Shown piece by piece: positions 9,195-16,566 of a DNA stretch of 64,000 nt. This stretch comes from Poseidonia sp. Lineage in GTDB: Archaea; Thermoplasmatota; Poseidoniia; Poseidoniales; Poseidoniaceae. The translations under genes and the position numbers were made by a program. The notes beneath the pieces are model-generated. The model was not told the origin of the DNA. It ran no database searches and saw only the letters and a program-made list of their open reading frames with translations. The first letter of the stretch is position 1; each line of letters begins with the position of its first letter. The DNA is taken from positions 2,244 through 66,243 of the forward strand of contig JBMSEL010000005.1 of NCBI GenBank assembly GCA_049412325.1, written 5' to 3'.

Positions 9195-9213
9195 TACCGC
9201 CCGTCAGCCAGCC

Positions 9214-9222
9214 TATATCAAA
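9214..9222 (-). promoter_or_regulatory. TATA-like box upstream of SRP RNA
   Basis: The minus strand reads TTTGATATA about 20-28 nt upstream of the inferred SRP RNA 5' end. Confidence 0.5.
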
Positions 9223-9236
9223 GCAACGCAGGGTCG

Positions 9237-9632
9237 TTATTCCTCATTGCTTGATGCTTCTTCATACTTCGAGGGGCATGAAGTCTTGATGATGTTCGCA
9301 TCAAAGACATACGTTCCATCTTCGTAGCGCAGAATGCCTTCAGCGTAGACCGTGCGATTGTCATCAAGACCGTTAGAAACCATCGCATCGGTAAATCGAA
9401 CGGTCAAATATGAGGTCCCGCCCTCAAGTACGAAGGTCATCGTGCTGTTGTCGATGGTCCCATCACGAACTTCACCCCGGATGGCGACTTCTTGGTCAAC
9501 ATGATCGGCAGGAGAGGCCATCAATTCGTCCACCGTCTGTGTAGGGGCAGGCGATTGGAGCAGAACTGTCGCCAAGAGCCCGAGCGTCAGCACGGCGCCG
9601 ATGACAAGAATACGTGTGCGCCTTGCCCACAT
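9237..9632 (-). CDS. ccmE: cytochrome c maturation heme chaperone CcmE, CxxxY variant
   Basis: N-terminal anchor RILVIGAVLTLGLLATVLL. OB-fold core VAIRGEVRDGTI...TFVLEGG...RTVYAEGIL...FDANIIKTSCPSKY aligns with E. coli RLRVGGMV...LAKHDENY. Cys replaces the heme-binding His. Confidence 0.8.
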   Translation of the reverse strand: MWARRTRILVIGAVLTLGLLATVLLQSPAPTQTVDELMASPADHVDQEVAIRGEVRDGTIDNSTMTFVLEGGTSYLTVRFTDAMVSNGLDDNRTVYAEGILRYEDGTYVFDANIIKTSCPSKYEEASSNEE

Positions 9633-9668
9633 GCTTTTCCCACCCGTTGCACCCTTAACAATCCTCTT

Positions 9669-10790
9669 TCAGGCAATTCCAGTCCCAACGGCCTCTTCAA
9701 TGGATGAAAAGCCCGATGTTCTGAGATGTTTGGCAAGCCCATCAACAACGGCTTTGGTGAGCGCTGGGCCTTCAAAGACAAAGCCGGAATAGGCTTGAAC
9801 GAGGGTTGCTCCTGCTCGGATTTTTTCCCAGGCATCATCCGCACATGATACGCCACCAACACCGATGATTGGCCAATCAGGTCCGGTCGCATGGCGCACG
9901 GTGGCGATCATCGCTGTTGAACGCTCGCGAAGAGGTCGTCCGCTCAGCCCACCTGTTTCCTGGAAGACAGCGTTGTCCTTGCCATTGGAAGCAGACGGTC
10001 GGTCAACCGTGGTGTTTGAAACCACAATGCCGTTAGCCCCGTTGGCCTTGGCTGTCCTCGCAATATGAATGAGTTGTTCATCCGTCATGTCTGGGGCGAC
10101 CTTAACCAAGATGGGCTTCGGTGGTGAACCCTGCGTTTCAGAACATTGTCGATTGACCTTTGCGCAATGGGAGAGAATACGCACGAGCCCTTCATCGTCC
10201 TGTAACTCTCGGAGATTGGGGGTGTTGGGTGAGGATACATTCACCACAAACACATCGCCGAACGACCATAGCCGTTCAAGCGTGGTTCCGTAATCAAGAT
10301 GTGCCTCGGAGAGGGGCGTAACCTTTGACTTCCCAAGATTCACCCAGATAGGAATACCGGGTTGACCGTACCGGTCGATGTGGTGTTGAAGTGCGCGTTG
10401 GATTTTCTCGCTTCCATCGTTGTTAAAACCCATCCGATTGACCAGGGCTTGGGCATGAGGTGCACGGAACATCCTCGGCTTCGGATTACCTGATTGTTCA
10501 AGCATGGTCACACCACCGATTTCAACAAAGGAAAGCCCTGATGCTTCCCATCCTCGAAGGGCTTTAGCGTTCTTGTCCATGCCTGCAGCCAAACCAAACG
10601 GGTGGGTATATTGCGTACCGAAGAGCGTGACGGGCAACGATGTTTTCGGGCGGTAAAGCGCCCTCAGGAGAGCACGTGTCAGCGGATTGTTCGAAGCCAA
10701 ACGCAACAATACAAGCGACCGGCCGTGAGCCTTTTCCGAATCCTGAAAACGAAGGAGGGGGCGTCCAAACCACCGATAACCGACGCCCAT
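9669..10790 (-). CDS. pyrD: dihydroorotate dehydrogenase (quinone), class 2
   Basis: FGLAAGMDKNA, FVEIGGVT, NRMGFNNDG, VNVSSPNTPNLR, IGVGGV. MGVGYRWFGRPLLRFQDSEKAH aligns with the E. coli N-terminus MYYPFVRKALFQLDPERAH, so the start at 10790 is preferred over the track start 10982. Confidence 0.85.
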   Translation of the reverse strand: MGVGYRWFGRPLLRFQDSEKAHGRSLVLLRLASNNPLTRALLRALYRPKTSLPVTLFGTQYTHPFGLAAGMDKNAKALRGWEASGLSFVEIGGVTMLEQSGNPKPRMFRAPHAQALVNRMGFNNDGSEKIQRALQHHIDRYGQPGIPIWVNLGKSKVTPLSEAHLDYGTTLERLWSFGDVFVVNVSSPNTPNLRELQDDEGLVRILSHCAKVNRQCSETQGSPPKPILVKVAPDMTDEQLIHIARTAKANGANGIVVSNTTVDRPSASNGKDNAVFQETGGLSGRPLRERSTAMIATVRHATGPDWPIIGVGGVSCADDAWEKIRAGATLVQAYSGFVFEGPALTKAVVDGLAKHLRTSGFSSIEEAVGTGIA

Positions 10791-11268
10791 GGATGTCAAG
10801 CCTCTGAGGACATCCTTCAAGACTTGCCCCTCCTGCGAAGGAATGATGCGAATATCGGACCCGCGGTGGCCTGCCGTTCGAGAATTGGCAAGAGTCATGT
10901 TGCGCACCGAGGATGTGGAGGTCCAAGGTCCGGATTGGCTCAAGGCGTCCATTCTGGCCCTTGGCCTTCGATTGGCAGACATTCAGCCAGCTCGGACGAT
11001 GTTTCCCAGCTTCACCTCTGGTGAAAACCATGCCATCTCGTTGATTTCTCCTGCATCTGGTGGTGAAGTCGGACGATGCTCGCATCACGAACCTGCCCCC
11101 GAAACGGTTTGGCTCCCCATGGAACCACGGGAGGCGTGGGAAGCGATTTCGACGATCATCGAGGATTTGCTCACAGCCGGATATCCAGGGTGTTTGGGGT
11201 GCGGCGGACCGCACACCGAGGGTGATTGGGACGAAGATTCGAGCCGGCGAAGTATGATGGAAAACTGA
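10789..11268 (+). CDS. hypothetical small protein (CPSC ... CLGC), start uncertain
   Basis: A 480-nt open frame lies in the otherwise unexplained pyrD-topA gap, with plausible codon usage. Possible starts are 10789, 10897 and 10999. It is antisense-shadow related to the pyrD 5' extension. Confidence 0.35.
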   Translation: MDVKPLRTSFKTCPSCEGMMRISDPRWPAVRELARVMLRTEDVEVQGPDWLKASILALGLRLADIQPARTMFPSFTSGENHAISLISPASGGEVGRCSHHEPAPETVWLPMEPREAWEAISTIIEDLLTAGYPGCLGCGGPHTEGDWDEDSSRRSMMEN

Positions 11269-11278
11269 GAATCCATAC

Positions 11279-11299
11279 CATGAAATGATACATTTCATG
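11279..11299. promoter_or_regulatory. perfect 9-bp inverted repeat (CATGAAATG-ATA-CATTTCATG) between small ORF and topA
   Basis: Read directly from the sequence. It is AT-rich, 11 nt after the stop at 11268 and about 70 nt before the topA ATG. Confidence 0.35.
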
Positions 11300-11366
11300 C
11301 ATACGTGAGGCTGCCTTTGATTCACGAAGGAGGGTTCAAGTATGGTCGTCGGTGCGCTTTCTTCAT

Positions 11367-14111
11367 ATGTCCATCGTCATCATTGCTGAGAAACCCAGCG
11401 TTGCCGAGGACCTCGCCAACGTCCTTGGTGTTGGGAAAAAAACCGAAACTCACTGGCATAGCGATGACATCATCATCACGTGGGCCATCGGACACTTGCT
11501 AGAACTCAAGTACATGGATGACTATGACCCCGCCTTCAAAAATTGGCGAGGAACGGTTGACCGTCTGCCATACATTCCAGACACCTTTCAATACAAACCC
11601 AAAAGCGGACGGGGCAAAAAACAACTCTCCGCAATCCTGAAGCTTGTCAAGGATAAATCCGTCACCGAAATTGTGAATGCTTGCGACGCAGCAAGAGAAG
11701 GCGAACTTATCTTCCGAACCATCGTTCAACATTCGAAAGTCAAAACACCCACCTCTCGAATGTGGATGCAGTCCATGACCTACGACGCGATCCTGCATGC
11801 TTTCGAGAACCGTGAACCAGGAGAAGTGTACCAGGCGCTGAGTGATGCAGCCTATTCACGCTCTCAAGCCGACTGGATCATCGGCATGAACGGATCAAGG
11901 ATTGCCACACGCCTTCCGCAAAACCGCGACCGCTCTGCAAATTCGCTCGGAAGGGTTCAAACGGCCACCCTCGCCATGGTCGTTGATCATGAATTGGAGG
12001 TGTTGTCCCACGTTCCTGTACCGTATTGGCAACTCAACGCGACCTTCACCGCAGGGGACGCACAGTGGGTCGCTCGTTGGGAACGTACAGGTCACAAAGA
12101 TGACCCCGACCGGCCAGAATACAAAGCGCATCGCATCATGGATGAAAAGGAAAAGGAAGCCATCGAATCCATGTTGGCCTCCAAAGGAGAATTTACGGTT
12201 GAAGAACAAAGTCGCACGAAAAAGGAGCAATCTCCCCTGAATTTCGACCTTACGACCTTGCAGAAGCGGGCCAACAGTATGTGGTCGTGGTCCGCCAAGC
12301 GCACACTGGGTGTTGCACAAGACCTCTATGACAAATTCAAATTGACAACCTACCCGAGAACGGACTCGAAGCATTTACCTGAAGACATGCACGAAGCCGT
12401 TGCCAAAACATTGGATCAACTTGGAGGTCAACCCGATTATTCGGAGCATGTCAAGCGGCTACAATCCGATGGACTCACCAACGCAAAACGGAATTTCAAC
12501 AACGCAAAGGTTTCCGACCACTATGCGATTGTACCAACCGGTCAAACACCACCCAAAAATTTCGGTGGAGACCACGCAAAGCTCTACGACCTCATTGCCA
12601 GAAACTTCCTTGCTTCATGGCACCCTGTTGCCGAGTGGACGGTCACGAAGCGTACTGTCACCAAAGACGGTCATCAATTCCTCAAAGAAGTTGAGGCTTT
12701 GGCCACGGCAGGATGGCGGGCAGTTGTCCCCAAAAATGACAAGGTACCTGAAGGATGGGGCAACCTACCGAGTAATCCATGCGAAGCTGCATTGGATTCG
12801 CATGAGTTCTCAGAAGAGCTGAGCAAGCCCAAGAATCGGCTTAAGGAGGCCAGCCTGCTTCAGTTGATGGAACATGCTGGAAAGCAAATTGAGGACGATG
12901 AACTTGCTGATGCCATGAAGGAAAAAGGACTAGGGACACCTGCCACACGAGCAGACACCATCGAGAAACTCCTCAATCGCAAGTATATCCGCCGCTCAAG
13001 AAACGGCACCATCAGTGCTGCACCTCATGGCATACGAATGATCGATGTCTTGCGCAGAATACCCGTTGAATGGATCACTTCTGCTGAATTGACAGGCGAC
13101 ATGGAAGCCTCCCTGCTCTCCGTTCAGCGCGGCGAAACGCCGATGAAGGACTACATGGACAGGATCATTCAACAAACGAAGTCCATGGTCGACCGTATTC
13201 GAGACCACGATCGCAACACGCTCTACCTCAACGAGAGCAGCCTCGGTGCGTGCCCATCATGCAGCGGCAACGTCATGGAGAACACCTTGGCCTACCAGTG
13301 TGAACACAATGAAGGTCGAGACAAAGGATGTTCATTCGTGTTCTGGAAAGATACTTCAGGGCGTTGGTTTGACCGGACGACGGCGACCCGATTGATCGAA
13401 TCAGGAAACCTCGAAAACCTCCACGGATTCTTTTCCCAAGCAGGCGAAGGATACGAGGCATCGATCGAGCTCAAGAAAGACGGGAAGGTCATGAGCAAGG
13501 GTTCAGGTTCGGGAGAGGCCACCGAAGATGACGAAGTCCTCTGCCCTTGTCCTGTTTGCGACCATGGTTCCATTCGAATCACCAAAACCGCTTACCTTTG
13601 CGACAATCCCGATTGCACCTTTAGAGGCATGCAGAACATCATGTGCAAGCGATTGGTAACACCAGAGGAGGCAAAACCCATCTTCACCGAGGGCAAGTCA
13701 ACCCTGCTTGAGGATTTCACCTCTCGGCGAAACAAACCGTTCAATGCATTCCTCAAACTGGAGAAGAACAGAGTAACATACGACTTCCCACCGAGAGCCG
13801 CAGCCGCAGATGCCAAGCGATTCCCAGTTGTTCCAGGCGTCGTGGCCGTATGTCCGAAAACAAAAGCCAACATCATTGAAACCGAAACTCACTACACGGT
13901 GGAAGACAGTTCCACCGATTGCAAGATTCACATTGAACGTTGCATATCGAAGCGAGACCTCACCCGAGAAGAAGCGAAAACGCTCATTGAAACAGGTTCA
14001 GTCGGGCCGTTTGACGATTTTGTCTCAAAGAAAACAAGCAATCCCTTCAGTGCATCGTTGTATCTCAAAAAGAACCAGTCCGTGGGTTACAAGTTCGCAA
14101 AACGTTCGTGA
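11367..14111 (+). CDS. topA: type IA DNA topoisomerase (topoisomerase I/III-like) with C-terminal zinc ribbons and topoisomerase C-terminal repeats
   Basis: Toprim IIAEKPSVAEDLA, WAIGHLLEL, and active-site LTTYPRTDSKHLP. Zn ribbons CPSCSGN...CEHN and CPCPVCDHG...CDNPDC. Repeats RRNKPFNAFLKLEKN and KKTSNPFSASLYLKKN. The track start 11352 is a GTG 5 codons upstream. Confidence 0.9.
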   Translation: MSIVIIAEKPSVAEDLANVLGVGKKTETHWHSDDIIITWAIGHLLELKYMDDYDPAFKNWRGTVDRLPYIPDTFQYKPKSGRGKKQLSAILKLVKDKSVTEIVNACDAAREGELIFRTIVQHSKVKTPTSRMWMQSMTYDAILHAFENREPGEVYQALSDAAYSRSQADWIIGMNGSRIATRLPQNRDRSANSLGRVQTATLAMVVDHELEVLSHVPVPYWQLNATFTAGDAQWVARWERTGHKDDPDRPEYKAHRIMDEKEKEAIESMLASKGEFTVEEQSRTKKEQSPLNFDLTTLQKRANSMWSWSAKRTLGVAQDLYDKFKLTTYPRTDSKHLPEDMHEAVAKTLDQLGGQPDYSEHVKRLQSDGLTNAKRNFNNAKVSDHYAIVPTGQTPPKNFGGDHAKLYDLIARNFLASWHPVAEWTVTKRTVTKDGHQFLKEVEALATAGWRAVVPKNDKVPEGWGNLPSNPCEAALDSHEFSEELSKPKNRLKEASLLQLMEHAGKQIEDDELADAMKEKGLGTPATRADTIEKLLNRKYIRRSRNGTISAAPHGIRMIDVLRRIPVEWITSAELTGDMEASLLSVQRGETPMKDYMDRIIQQTKSMVDRIRDHDRNTLYLNESSLGACPSCSGNVMENTLAYQCEHNEGRDKGCSFVFWKDTSGRWFDRTTATRLIESGNLENLHGFFSQAGEGYEASIELKKDGKVMSKGSGSGEATEDDEVLCPCPVCDHGSIRITKTAYLCDNPDCTFRGMQNIMCKRLVTPEEAKPIFTEGKSTLLEDFTSRRNKPFNAFLKLEKNRVTYDFPPRAAAADAKRFPVVPGVVAVCPKTKANIIETETHYTVEDSSTDCKIHIERCISKRDLTREEAKTLIETGSVGPFDDFVSKKTSNPFSASLYLKKNQSVGYKFAKRS

Positions 14112-14127
14112 TAACGCCACGAACGAA

Positions 14128-14150
14128 GGAAGGTTGAAACAATACCTTCC
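14128..14150 (+). terminator. hairpin after topA stop (GGAAGGT-N9-ACCTTCC)
   Basis: A 7-bp inverted repeat read directly, 17 nt downstream of the TGA at 14109-14111. Function is not established. Confidence 0.25.
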
Positions 14151-14162
14151 CGAGGCAATTTC

Positions 14163-15377
14163 ATGGACAGTTGGGACTACGATGTCGTCATTGTGGGCGC
14201 AGGTCCCGTCGGTGGCAGGGCCGCCACGCTTCTGAGCCAAGACGGTTTGAGGGTCTTGATGCTTGAAGAACACGAGGAAGTAGGACGCCCGTTCCAGTGC
14301 GCAGGGCTCGTCACACCGAGCGCCATGGACATCGTTGAAGGATATCATACGGTGCTCGAAGAGGTTGACGGCGCTTTGATCCACGGCCCGAGTGGAACCC
14401 TCGTCCCGGTTGGAACCGAGGGAACATTACGCACCTATGTGGTCTGTAGAAAACGATTCGATCAATTCGTCGTCCAGCAAGGGATGGAAGCCGGCGCTGA
14501 ATTATGGTTGAACACCGTCCCTACATCAGCAGAACGCGAAGAAGGCGGTGTGCGCTTGTCCGTTCTTCGGGACGGTGAACAGGTTGACCTCACGACCAAA
14601 CTCCTCATCGGGGCTGATGGAGCCCACAGTTGGACACGTCGAACCTTCAAGATGGGGCGGCCAAAAGAACTCATGATCGGTTTCCAAACCGAAGTGGTTG
14701 GGTATGAGGGGCGAGAGCGCTGGCTTGAAATGTACAGTGGAAGCGCCATCGCTCCTGGGTTTTTCGCCTGGGTGATTCCGTCAGGCTTTGGAACCCATCG
14801 CATCGGATTATGGTCAACCGCCGACCGTTTGGGCGGGCGTAGTATTGAGTCATGCTACCAAGATTTGATGGACCACCCACGATGGAAAGAGCGCTTTGAA
14901 CATACGCAAGAAATTGCAAGATATTGTGGCCCCGTGCCATCCGGCATGGTCAAGCACACCGTCAAGGACCGAATCATGCTCCTAGGGGATGCTGCCGGTA
15001 TGGCAAAACCAACCACGGGTGGCGGCATTGGCCCAGGTTTCCATCAAATCCAATGCATCCACGAGGAACTGGCGTTGGCCGTAAAATCAAATCAACTCAC
15101 AGAAAAGGATCTCAAGTCCATCACGAAACAACCTTGGAGTTCAATGAAGAAGGAACAGGATCGAGCCCGAACCCTTCGTAACTTGTTGGTGAGCGATTGC
15201 ACCGATGAAGTCCTTGACAAGCATTTCATCAATTTCGCTCACCCGGACACGCTGAGTTTAATCAACGCCATTGGCGACATCGAAAAACCCGTACCTTTAG
15301 GCATGGCTCTCCTCAAGCAGGTTCCAGCCTTTCGGCCCCTCGCCCTCAAAGCTGGCGTTCGGCTGTTGTTGTCGTGA
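14163..15377 (+). CDS. geranylgeranyl reductase family FAD-dependent oxidoreductase (digeranylgeranylglycerophospholipid reductase-like)
   Basis: YDVVIVGAGPVGG dinucleotide fold, PFQCAGLV, GADGAHS, and LLGDAAGMAKPTTGGGI. Confidence 0.85.
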   Translation: MDSWDYDVVIVGAGPVGGRAATLLSQDGLRVLMLEEHEEVGRPFQCAGLVTPSAMDIVEGYHTVLEEVDGALIHGPSGTLVPVGTEGTLRTYVVCRKRFDQFVVQQGMEAGAELWLNTVPTSAEREEGGVRLSVLRDGEQVDLTTKLLIGADGAHSWTRRTFKMGRPKELMIGFQTEVVGYEGRERWLEMYSGSAIAPGFFAWVIPSGFGTHRIGLWSTADRLGGRSIESCYQDLMDHPRWKERFEHTQEIARYCGPVPSGMVKHTVKDRIMLLGDAAGMAKPTTGGGIGPGFHQIQCIHEELALAVKSNQLTEKDLKSITKQPWSSMKKEQDRARTLRNLLVSDCTDEVLDKHFINFAHPDTLSLINAIGDIEKPVPLGMALLKQVPAFRPLALKAGVRLLLS

Positions 15378-15386
15378 GGTGACATC

Positions 15387-16529
15387 ATGAAGCGGCTCAT
15401 AGAACAGCACCGCATTCGTTACCCGCCCTTCGAGGCGAATCGATGGTTGCCGACATCACTTCCCATCGCACAACAAGACATCGACCTTGGTGAATTCGAG
15501 ACCATTGGTTCGGCCACAAAATCGCTTCAACGTCTGCCTCCGGCTTTTCGCTTGGGTGATGAAGACGGTTGGTTGATGGAACGTCGCTATCTGATTGATG
15601 GTGAACCAATTTCCTGCGAGAGGGATGGGCCTCATCTGGAAGAGGGGCCCTTCGTCCGGTTGGTCAAACGCCAACGAAGGGGCTGGTACCTGATTCCCAA
15701 CCCCATCCACAACATTTTGCGTCAGTTCATCAATGGTGTTGTTATCGTCCTGTTAGCGAGTCTGTTTTACCTGTTTATTTCGCCGGCTTTGGAACTGTTG
15801 AATATTCCCGTATATGGACTGGATACGGTGAGATGGGGCTTGCTTGATTACCCAGCCTTGGCTGTGTTTGTTGTCCCGTTACTCTTTGCTCCGCTCTTCA
15901 TTCGGGTCATCGCCAACTTGACTGAACTTCGACGTCAAAACATGTTCCTCAAACGGAATCTCCAGACACCGCAAATCGAGTTTAGTCAACCGAGCAAGGC
16001 CGACGAAAACCTCGTCGTCAGCGTTGAATTTCCTGAATGGGATGAATCATGGAATCATGTTGACGCCATCCTTCGGGTTGGTGTCCTTCCACCAGGACGA
16101 GAATCCCTTCTCCGCACGCTCGAGCGCGACCCTCATCGCCAACCACCTCCGGGGCTGTCCACCGAACTCCCACACCACTGGGAAGTGGGACTTGATGACG
16201 GAACGGCGGGCGGTGAAGATGCCCCTATGGAACTCAAAGAAGTGAAAGGTGGCCTGTTCCTTCGGCCCATGCGCTTGATGGTGCAAGGTGAACCCCAGCG
16301 GTGGGTGAAAGGCCAACAACTCACACTTTCTCCACCCTCGCCCACATGGCCCGGTTCAGTGAACACAGAACTTTTGCGTGTGCATTGGGAATTCATTCTT
16401 CGGATCGATCGCCAACGCGGCGGTGCCTTGCTTTGGGTGCAACCACTGAAAGTCGCTCATTCGACAACCTTCAGTGAATTGGGAGAGTTACCCCTCCACG
16501 ACGGGCGAAGCGAACTTGATATGAGCTGA
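15387..16529 (+). CDS. hypothetical membrane protein (3 central TM helices)
   Basis: Long ORF 9 nt after the reductase gene. TM segments VVIVLLASLFYLFISPAL and ALAVFVVPLLFAPLFIRVIANL. No motif recognised. Confidence 0.6.
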   Translation: MKRLIEQHRIRYPPFEANRWLPTSLPIAQQDIDLGEFETIGSATKSLQRLPPAFRLGDEDGWLMERRYLIDGEPISCERDGPHLEEGPFVRLVKRQRRGWYLIPNPIHNILRQFINGVVIVLLASLFYLFISPALELLNIPVYGLDTVRWGLLDYPALAVFVVPLLFAPLFIRVIANLTELRRQNMFLKRNLQTPQIEFSQPSKADENLVVSVEFPEWDESWNHVDAILRVGVLPPGRESLLRTLERDPHRQPPPGLSTELPHHWEVGLDDGTAGGEDAPMELKEVKGGLFLRPMRLMVQGEPQRWVKGQQLTLSPPSPTWPGSVNTELLRVHWEFILRIDRQRGGALLWVQPLKVAHSTTFSELGELPLHDGRSELDMS

Positions 16530-16566
16530 ACAACACATTGAAAGACAGCCAAGCAAACCAGACGGC

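Noticed and set aside
9069-9254. 61-aa ORF in the archease-ccmE gap
   Set aside because: It lies on top of the SRP RNA gene (opposite strand). The RNA explanation is much stronger.
10564-11325. 253-aa minus-strand ORF spanning the pyrD 5' region and the gap
   Set aside because: It overlaps pyrD in another frame. The translation is R/C/W/H-rich junk with no motif.
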